Positions 1-6,304 of a stretch of 6,835 nt of DNA are shown in pieces. Made by a program: the position numbers and the translations under genes. The stretch lies in NCBI RefSeq assembly GCF_006345805.1, contig NW_021829182.1, forward strand, positions 1-6,835, written 5' to 3'. Positions within the stretch are counted from its first letter, which is position 1, and the number at the start of each line of letters is the position of its first letter. The notes beneath the pieces are model-generated. The model did not search any database and was not told the DNA's origin. It saw only the letters and a list, made by a program, of their open reading frames with translations. The stretch comes from Octopus sinensis (lineage: Eukaryota).

Positions 1-59
1 TGACCCGGAACCATGTGGTTGGTAAGCAAGCTACTTACCACACAGCCACTCCTGAGCCT
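1..59 (-). mobile_element. 5' tRNA-like head of a SINE (same family as 2152-2598), running off the left edge of the window
   Basis: The reverse complement AGGCTCAGGAGTGGCTGTGTGGTAAGTAGCTTGCTTACCAACCACATGGTTCCGGGTCA closely matches 2151-2210. It contains the A-box-like TGGCTGTGTGG and the start of the B box. Confidence 0.9.
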
Positions 60-66
60 ATGTTAA

Positions 67-113
67 TATTCTTTTATTCCTTCATTTTTTTCAGTCATTA
101 GACTGCAGCCATC
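67..113 (-). mobile_element. Short 3'-end fragment of the same SINE family
   Basis: The reverse complement ATGGCTGCAGTCTAATGACTGAAAAAAATGAAGGAATAAAAGAATA aligns to the SINE 3' end at 2551-2597 (ATGGCCGGAGTCAAAATGACTGAAACAAGTAAAAGAGTAAAAGAGTA). Confidence 0.75.
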
Positions 114-239
114 TGTAGCCATCGAATTAGCTTTTCTCCTTTCTAGTTTTGTGAAGGCTAATTTCTCAAGATTGGTATTTAGGCAGTGTGTTACCTATGT
201 CAGTGCCCCAATAATTACAGGTAAAAATCTAAACTTCTA
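111..239 (-). mobile_element. Internal fragment of RLE retrotransposon family B (C-terminal endonuclease region), pseudogenised
   Basis: The minus strand translates *KFRFLPVIIGALT*VTHCLNTNLEKLAFTKLERR[+1]KLIRWLQ. It matches 5723-5850 (YKFKFIPVTIGALGYVTRCLNTDLEKLGFSTSERRKLIRRPQ) at about 83% nucleotide identity by manual count (22 mismatches and 1 gap over about 128 nt). Confidence 0.9.
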
Positions 240-559
240 CTTGTATATGTACGGTCCGTCTCCATTTATGTACGCATATATATATAAATATGTATGATTG
301 TATGTTTGAGTTGCTTAATTATCTACATGCAAAATGCAGGTAAATTAGTGCATAGTCGGTTTAATTTAAATAATTTAGAAATGTGACCCACATAATTATA
401 AAGTAATTTAGTCGTTTTCACAACTTCTCTTTTTATTACCAAATTTTGCTGGCAGCTAGCCCTTTCGGAAAACGGATTCTTTCCGAAAAGAAATATGTGT
501 AGTACGTGTAAGTATGTAATGTACGCATACATGTTTCTATGAATGAATTACTGTTTATG

Positions 560-627
560 TATAAGTGAAATATATGTTAAATATATATTCATGTGTATTC
601 AGGATACATACATACATATATAATATA

Positions 628-707
<80 letters not shown>

Positions 708-877
708 GTATATATATATTACGAACACATACACACAATATATGTATATAGAAATTTATATACATGAATTATATATACGTGTTTATATTTTCATACACAC
801 ACACATATATATATTTTATATATATATATTATATATATCAATAATGTATATATGTGTGTGTGTATGTATAATAAACA

Positions 878-913
<36 letters not shown>

Positions 914-1042
914 TATATATAATATCTATATACATATATGTGTGTATGTGTTCGTATATACGTATGTGTGCATGTGTTGGTATATACGTATGTGTGTGTA
1001 TGTCTGTGTGCGTATAAAAGTGTGTGTGTGTATGTATGTATG
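560..1042. repeat. Compound degenerate microsatellite: (TA)n runs with (TG)n/(CA)n and (TATG)n
   Basis: Long near-perfect (TA)n runs at about 634-697 and 880-909, grading into TG/TATG repeats. This explains the Y/I/C/V-rich ORFs at 565-1178. Confidence 0.95.
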
Positions 1043-1389
1043 TCATTGTTCAGTTTTATTTCAAGATTTCTTGCCAATAAAGAAAGAGTCAGTTTCTAAT
1101 CTAAATCCAAGACTCCTTCCTTGGAATTTCAACATCAACGGGGTAGTTTTGTTTCTATGCATGTATGTATTTATGTAATGTATGTATGTATGTTGTATGT
1201 ATGTATGTATGTATGTATGTATGTATGTATGGGCAGATTTGCATGCTTTGCTTTATGTATGTATTCTCATGCATATCGTGGCATATCTAGACATGCTCAT
1301 ATATATTTAAACGATAAACTTCTGAAAAGTTTTACAGATTTTTACACTTCCACTGATGGAGAGGATCTGTGATCTTTGAATAGCATTGT
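1043..1389 (-). mobile_element. Very short 5'-truncated copy of family B: last about 27 codons, 3' UTR, internal (TACA)n and putative terminal module
   Basis: The minus strand gives RSQILSISGSVKICKTFQKFIV* (stop at 1309-1307), matching RPQIQSISGTVKICKTFQKFIN* at the end of ORF 5618-5908. The UTR 1306-1231 matches 5909-5990. After a TACA run (1230-1158) there is a unique segment (1157-1043) followed by TACA/CA repeats. Assigning 1043-1157 to this element is inference. Confidence 0.85.
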
Positions 1390-1560
1390 ATGTATGTATG
1401 TATGTATGTATGTATGTATGTATGTATGTATGTATGTATGTATGTATGCATGTATCTACGTACTATATATGTGTGTGTATGTATGTATGTATGTATGTAT
1501 GTATGTATGTATGTATGTATGTATGTATGTATGTATGTATGCATGTATCTACGTACGTAC
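1390..1560. repeat. (TATG)n array with a duplicated interruption
   Basis: Near-perfect TATG repeats. The motif GCATGTATCTACGTAC occurs at 1448-1463 and 1541-1556. Confidence 0.97.
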
Positions 1561-1700
1561 GTATATATGTATTACTCTCATGCATATCCTTGAATATCTA
1601 GATATGCTCATATATATTTAAATAATAAACTTCGAGAAAGTTTTACAGATTATTACAGTTCCACTGATGTATTGGATCTGTGGTCTTTGAATAGCTTTCT
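1561..1700 (-). mobile_element. Second very short 5'-truncated copy of family B, head-to-tail with 1043-1389
   Basis: 1576-1700 aligns without gaps to 1265-1389 (offset 311, 17 mismatches in 125 nt). The minus strand gives RPQIQYISGTVIICKTFSKFII* (stop at 1620-1618). Confidence 0.9.
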
Positions 1701-1943
1701 ATGTATGTATATATGTATGAGTGTGTGTGTATGTATGTATGTGTGTGTGTGTATGTATGTACGTATGCATGTATGTATGTATGTATGTATGTATGTGTGT
1801 GTGTATGTATGTATGTGTGTATGTATGTATGTATGTATGTATGTATGTATGTATGTGTGTGTATGTATGTATGTGTATGTATGTATGTATGTATGTATGT
1901 GTGTATGTATGTATGTATGTATGTATGTATGTATGTATGTATG

Positions 1944-1973
<30 letters not shown>
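1701..1973. repeat. (TATG)n array with interspersed TG dinucleotides
   Basis: Direct reading. It is the source of the MYVC/HTYI ORFs. Confidence 0.98.
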
Positions 1974-1974
<1 letters not shown>

Positions 1975-2151
1975 GGTCCTGAGCACAGACAGAAAACAAA
2001 ATATATGGGACAAGTAACTAAAGTTGCTGTGGTTTAACACTTAGTATGAAGGGAAAGAGTTTCGAAGTTTCGGATGTTAGTCTTTCTTTAGAAAAATTTA
2101 AGAATGAGAAAATTTGACAGAACAAATTAAAAGAGTGAGTAAAGATTATTA

Positions 2152-2598
2152 GGCACAAGAGTGGCTGTGTGGTAAGTAGCTTGCTAACCAACCACATGTT
2201 TCCGGGTTCAGTCCCACTGCGTGGCATCTTGGGCAAGTGTTTTCTGCTATAGCCCCGGGCCGACCAATGCCCTGTGAGTGGATTTGGTAGACGGACACCT
2301 GAAAGAAGCCTGTTGTATATATGCATGTATAATATATCATCTATATATATATATATATTATATATATACATATGTATGTGTGTGTTTGTGTGTCTGTGTT
2401 TGTCCCCCTAGCATTGCTTGACAACCGATGCTGGTGTGTTTACGTCTCCGTCACCTAGCGGTTCGGCAAAAGAGACCGATAAAATAAGTACTGGGCTTAC
2501 AAAGAATAAGTCCCGAGGTCTACTTGCTCGACTAAAGGCGGTGTTCCAGCATGGCCGGAGTCAAAATGACTGAAACAAGTAAAAGAGTAAAAGAGTAA
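2152..2598 (+). mobile_element. Full-length tRNA-derived CORE-type SINE with an internal TA/TG microsatellite
   Basis: A box TGGCTGTGTGG (2162-2172), B box GGTTCAGTCC (2205-2214), CORE-like CTTGGGCAAGT (2228-2238; compare MIR core CCTTGGGCAAGT), internal microsatellite at about 2314-2395, 3' body, and (AAAAGAGT)2 tail at 2581-2596. No clear TSD. I cannot assign it to a specific named octopus SINE family (OK/OR1/OR2). Confidence 0.9.
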
Positions 2599-2601
2599 GA
2601 G

Positions 2602-2813
2602 AGAGGCTGCCTTTGAATACGATTCAGTGGACGTGTTAGGAAGGGCCGATTCGGGTTTATGCATGTTTTAAATGAAATTGGTGCATAGAGATGAGCATAG
2701 ACGTATGTGCGGTGGTATGGGATGCCAGTGGGTTTTGGGGGGATGTGTGGAGGTGTGTGGAAGTGTATGCAATTGAGTGAGTGTATTGGGGGTGTGGGAC
2801 GATGTTGCGAAGA
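2602..2813 (+). mobile_element. Possible upstream relic of the HERO-like retrotransposon (post-RT region)
   Basis: Stitching frames gives ERLPLNTIQWTC/GRADSGL ... VLNEIG ... GMGCQ ... WDDVAK. This resembles my recollection of the HERO-clade motif chain SRLxHxDIVG..GRxGLG..VxxEV..MxxQG..WxDIWK. It requires several indels, so support is weak. Confidence 0.4.
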
Positions 2814-3200
2814 CTAAAACAATACCTGTTGCCATACATACCCTAGGAATGATAGCAAAAGGGGCTGATTGCTACCTAGCTCAGATACAAAGAAATCCCA
2901 AAATGGCAGAAATTCACAAGATAGTGCTCATGGGAACTGCTCATATCCTACGTAAAATACTTTCTACGTGATCTCAAATTTAAAAACAAACGCATAATTT
3001 ACTTATGGTTTCTTAAGCATTCTCTAGAACAACACTATGTACAAAACCAAATATGTGACACCCTAGGCACAACACCAACATGAACTTCTAACTTGTTGTC
3101 TCTTGAGGTCTCTGGGTGAGACTTGGAGCCAACTTGTACAAATGCAAAGCAAAAGTCAAACAAAATAATAGTTATAATAATAATAATAATGATAATAATA
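2810..3200 (+). mobile_element. 5'-truncated R4/Dong/Rex6-like RLE retrotransposon (family A): C-terminal end, 3' UTR and (TAA)n tail
   Basis: 2810-2971 encodes KTKTIPVAIHTLGMIAKGADCYLAQIQRNPKMAEIHKIVLMGTAHILRKILST*, the R4/Dong C-terminal pattern IPVxIGALG...(L/I)QKxxLxGTAxILRKxL. The 3' UTR is 2972-3163 and the degenerate (AAT)n tail is 3164-3200. TAA-type tails are characteristic of Dong-like elements. Confidence 0.88.
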
Positions 3201-3430
3201 GAAGCTCAAATGATTTTTTTTTAAGAGCATTTTTGAAAACGTATAATGCAACAGGAGAGGGGCGTCCTAAGAAGGAGAAAGTGTAAAATGCAGTGGTGGA
3301 TTCCAGAGGTGAAACTGGCAGCGAAGAGATACATGCAAACTGGATCGGCAAGTGGTGGGGCGAAAGCACTCTGGCTTCGTAGATCTCTACATGTGTTGTG
3401 AGCAACGCAAGTGGAGGATGATAAGGAGGA
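3199..3430 (+). mobile_element. Decayed HERO-like fragment containing a CCHC zinc-knuckle/WRHD relic
   Basis: IEAQMIFF/LRA (3199-3229; compare EPxRISFLLRS), CKL (3334-3342), TLAS*ISTC (3368-3394; compare TLxHILSxC) and EQRKWR[-1]DK (3400-3425; compare QGRYxWRHDxVL). Multiple indels are needed. Confidence 0.55.
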
Positions 3431-3444
3431 AAGCGAATAATGAG

Positions 3445-3574
3445 TCTGCGTATGTATATTAGTGATGGATGGGGCATGTGTGCCACGGGGGTTATGTGTT
3501 CTCATAAACATGTGTGCATGTGTGTGTTTTTGTAAGTATGTGTATGTGCATTTATGTATATATGTGTGTCTCAT
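3445..3574. repeat. Degenerate (TG)/(TA) low-complexity tract, probably the tail region of the old SINE
   Basis: Direct reading. It lies immediately 3' (on the minus strand) of the SINE at 3575-4335. Confidence 0.7.
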
Positions 3575-4335
3575 GCACTTCGTCGTTTCAGTATCCAGTT
3601 TTCCTATCAGCTGCTCAACTTCCTCATTGTAGTAGCGTGCTAAGTGGCTGAGTATTCCGTAGATACGGCCACTCTTAACGTAATTCTCAAGTAGGTGCAT
3701 TACCACACATGGTGTCAATGCCGGAAATTTGGAATTCCAAGTACAGCTTCTTATTTCTTTATTGCTCACAAGGGGCTAAACATAGAGAGGACAAACAAGG
3801 ACAGACAGCCGGGTTAAGTCGATTACATCGACCCCAGTGCATGACTGGTACTTAATTTATCGGCCCCGAAAGGATGGAAGGCAAAGTCAACCCCGGCGGA
3901 ATTTGAACTCAGAACGTAACGGCAGACGAAATACCTATTTCTTTACTACCCACATGGGGCTAAACATAGAGTGGACAAACAAGGACAGACAAACGGATTA
4001 AGTCGATTACATCGACCCCAGTGCGTAACTGGTACTTAACTTATCGACCCCGAAAGGATTCAAGGCAAAGTCGACCTCGGCGGAATTTGAACTCAGAACG
4101 TGACGGTACACGAAATACTGCTAAGCATTTCGCCCGGCGTGCTAACGATTCTGCCAGCTCACCGCTTCTACAAGTACAGCTTGTACACAGCTTCTGTCTG
4201 CTCAAATTCATCCACGAGTGTTGAGTTGAACTGAGAGTTGAGCTCAAGCTTTTGCTCAGTATAATTCGACGTGGGATCGAACCCGCAGTGAGATCACGAT
4301 TGCGGAAACAAACCACTTTTCAATCCAGTCATGCT
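3575..4335 (-). mobile_element. Old, diverged tRNA-derived SINE split by a younger SINE (own sequence about 3575-3749 and 4183-4335)
   Basis: B box GGTTCGATCCC on the minus strand (4283-4273), followed by a CORE-like TGAGCAAAAGCTT. The distal part TGAGAATTACGTTAAGAGTGG...CTCAGCCACTT...ACGACGAAGTGC resembles an abundant octopus SINE body as I recall it. The two halves rejoin across the 12-bp TSD. The A box is degraded. Confidence 0.6.
3750..4170 (-). mobile_element. Younger full-length tRNA-derived SINE with a tandemly duplicated 184-bp body and a perfect 12-bp TSD
   Basis: TSD CAAGTACAGCTT at 3738-3749 and 4171-4182. A box TGGCAGAATCG (4156-4146). B box GAGTTCAAATT occurs twice (4094-4084 and 3910-3900). 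Units 3751-3934 and 3935-4118 are ungapped with 19 mismatches. The A-rich 3' end is AAAGAAATAAG. The central GACTTTGCCTT..ATCCTTTCGGGGTCGATAA..AAGTACCAG resembles the Meta domain from memory. Confidence 0.95.
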
Positions 4336-5055
4336 TTCGTCGAAGGAAGGAGAAACGCCAGTGAGGTTTACAAAAATGACGTGTAGTTTTCTACATAGAG
4401 CCCAACCATGAGATATGGAAGAAGATCTGCTGGAAAGATTGTAGTCTTCCCAGATCCTCCAGACGATCCTCAGGCCAGATGTATCTTTGTAGTCTAAAAA
4501 AAAGTATAACAGATAACCCTGATTGAGTTTACAGCCCTGTGGGAAGGAAGGTGCGAACAACCCTTTGAACAGAGGCGTGTCTTGTACTACCGTCTGGCAA
4601 TCATGATTATCCCAAGACAATGTTGTAGGCTGTAAGGATTTGCAGATTATCAGTAAGGAGGACGCTTATATTTATACAGTTTTTCATCGGTATTTTTTTT
4701 AAACACCGTATTCCTTTAACTTTCCATTTTGTTTCACCATCGCCCCTGTCGCATCTGTCTCCTCTTCAAGCCTTCCTTTCATATATAAAACAATTACATC
4801 TACAGGATGAGAGCGGCAACTGAAAGCGTTTCTTACTTGTTAAGGAGTTAAGCTGGAATCCAGGTGGACAGAATGATCGAGGATTTGGCCACGTCTGCGG
4901 ACCCACCAATGGGAGGGTTTTATAGTTCAGGGTCAAAACATTTGATATTCGTTGAATACTGTCTGATGTCATTAGTGCTTTCTTATCAAAGATGTATTCG
5001 CCAAAGGTGAATGAAGAAAAAGCATCTGGTTTCAAATGTTACCAATATCGCATAG
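4336..5055 (+). mobile_element. HERO-like RLE retrotransposon 3' end (PD-(D/E)xK endonuclease relic and 3' UTR), pseudogenised
   Basis: FV/EGETP..FLHRAQP*DMEEDLLERL..ILQTILRPDVSL*SKK (RPD at 4472-4480), frameshift in A8 (4496-4503), QITLIEFTALWEGRCEQPFE (4510-4569), WQS*L (4595-4609), VGC/GFA (4625-4644), SVRRTL, then ELSWNP near 4845-4862. This matches the HERO pattern LRPDIVLWS..K.V.LIELTVPWEE..EEAHE..W..PVEVGCRGF..SW. The right boundary is approximate. Confidence 0.8.
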
Positions 5056-5238
5056 AAATATATGTATATGTGTATGTGTGTGTATATATTTTCACATGTG
5101 TGTGTATATATATAAATATATATTTGTGTGTGTGTGTGCATGTATAATAACAGAGATAAGCTGCGCTTCACTACAGCTGTTTCACACGTGTTCTTTATTG
5201 ATGTACAAAAGTGGTACGCACATACATACATACATACA
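5056..5238. repeat. TA/TG microsatellite, a short unique spacer, and a (CATA)4.5 run abutting family B
   Basis: Direct reading. CATACATACATACATACA at 5221-5238. Confidence 0.85.
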
Positions 5239-5995
5239 GAAAATGTCAAGCAAGTGTCTGATGCACATAAAGAGATAAAGATGCCGGAAAAACAGTAAAA
5301 TGTGACAATCGATGCAGACTTTGTGGTGTTAACACCGAAGGTGTCACCCACATCATAAGCAGTTGTCCGGAAATGTCATCGCGGTATAATCTACCGATGA
5401 GACATGATGTTGTTGCTAGGACACTCTATAATGAAATCTGTCGGAAGGATAATCCCGAGGACAAAGAAATAAGAACTCACAGTATGGGAGAAGCCATAAC
5501 CACACATAATAAAAAAAGGAGTGCTGGTGGAATGTTTCAATGAAGACCTCAATAAAAAGTAAGCACAACAGGTTTGATATAAGGATTTGAGATATATAAG
5601 AGAAACTGTGAACATTTGTGGAGATTAACTGGCCAGCAGTTGCTAACATAAAGCTGAAAATCAATGAAAAAGAGAACACCTATGCTGAACCATTGAGAAA
5701 CCTGCAGTTACTCTATCCAGGTTATAAGTTCAAGTTTATACCTGTAACTATTGGGGCCCTGGGATATGTAACACGCTGCCTAAATACCGATCTTGAGAAA
5801 TTAGGCTTCTCAACATCAGAAAGGAGAAAGCTAATACGAAGACCACAAATCCAATCCATCAGTGGCACTGTAAAAATCTGTAAAACGTTCCAGAAGTTTA
5901 TAAATTAAATATATATATGAGCATGTCTCGATATGCAACTATGTGCATGAAAATACATACATACATAAAGCAAAACATACACGTCTGCACATATA
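5237..5995 (+). mobile_element. 5'-truncated R4-like RLE retrotransposon (family B), longest copy: CCHC zinc knuckle, RLE domain and 3' UTR; pseudogenised
   Basis: QKMSSKCLMH/RDKDAGKTVKCDNR, then CRLC-X8-H-X4-C (5313-5366), RHDVVA (5400-5417), a frameshift in A7 (5511-5517), ECWWNVSMKTSIKSKHNRFDI (RPD mutated to RFD, 5570-5578), stops at 5588, 5597 and 5609, then VEINWP..EKENTY..IPVTIGALG..GTVKICKTFQKFIN* (stop 5906-5908). The CCHC-RHD-RPD-E-K order is diagnostic of RLE non-LTR elements. The R4 clade assignment is tentative. Confidence 0.92.
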
Positions 5996-6082
5996 CATAC
6001 ATACATACATATATACATACATACATACATACATACATACATACATACATACATACATACATACATGCATACATACATACCA

Positions 6083-6117
<35 letters not shown>

Positions 6118-6188
6118 CATACATCAAACATAACATACATACATACATACATACATACATACATTCGTAAATTCGTACATACATACAT
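5993..6188. repeat. (TACA)n array directly following the family B 3' UTR
   Basis: Direct reading. Confidence 0.97.
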
Positions 6189-6304
6189 ATGCCAGTCCAC
6201 CATCTGGATCTCTTGGCAGTGAAGAATTAATTCCATTGAAGTTATCTGTATTCCAAGATGGCTGCATAGGTCTATTGTTGACCTAAAAGAACGCTAGCGA
6301 TGAA

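Noticed and set aside
463-488. 9-bp inverted repeat TTTCGGAAA / TTTCCGAAA with an 8-nt loop
   Set aside because: An isolated short hairpin with no associated element or TSD; compatible with chance.
565-2040. Many ORFs of 67-150 aa rich in YVCM/HTYI/YI repeats (also 5036-5351 and 5898-6667)
   Set aside because: They are translations of (TA)n, (TG)n and (TATG)n repeats, which lack stop codons in several frames. There is no protein-like complexity.
1974-2150. Possible further upstream HERO coding sequence
   Set aside because: Only a faint EF....C resemblance, which is not enough to support a call.
2710-2800. G-rich tract as a G-quadruplex or telomere-like repeat
   Set aside because: There are too few closely spaced G3 tracts and no TTAGGG units. 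It is better explained as decayed retroelement or GT-rich sequence.
2777-2971. 64-aa ORF as an independent small gene (likewise the 96-aa ORF at 5618-5908)
   Set aside because: Both are open tails of broken retrotransposon ORFs. Upstream sequence is frameshifted or truncated, and the starts are incidental.
3751-4118. Direct repeats suggesting a CRISPR array, LTR pair or satellite
   Set aside because: These are two adjacent 184-bp units with no spacers, lying inside a TSD-bounded SINE.
4273-4335. tRNA gene (B boxes here and at 2205, 3900 and 4084)
   Set aside because: No cloverleaf can be formed. All B boxes sit in SINE heads or duplicated SINE bodies.
4930-4972. AAAAC...CTGATGT resembling a type II hammerhead ribozyme core in the HERO 3' UTR
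   Set aside because: Both conserved boxes deviate (GAAA and CUGAUGA are absent), and I could not build the three required stems. Only a TATTC/GAATA hairpin (4946-4958) is present.
4409-5590. Repeated Trp-to-stop changes (TGA 4409, TAG 4490, TGA 4604, TGA 5588) as a sign of targeted deamination or RNA editing
   Set aside because: Single transitions in TGG are the expected and most visible form of neutral decay. The direction (G to A) is opposite to A-to-I editing, and four sites cannot establish a bias.
6193-6285. About 30 open codons (SPPSGSLGSEELIPLKLSVFQDGCIGLLLT*) in a unique island between microsatellites, a possible exon
   Set aside because: No polypyrimidine tract or convincing splice donor, and no recognisable homology.
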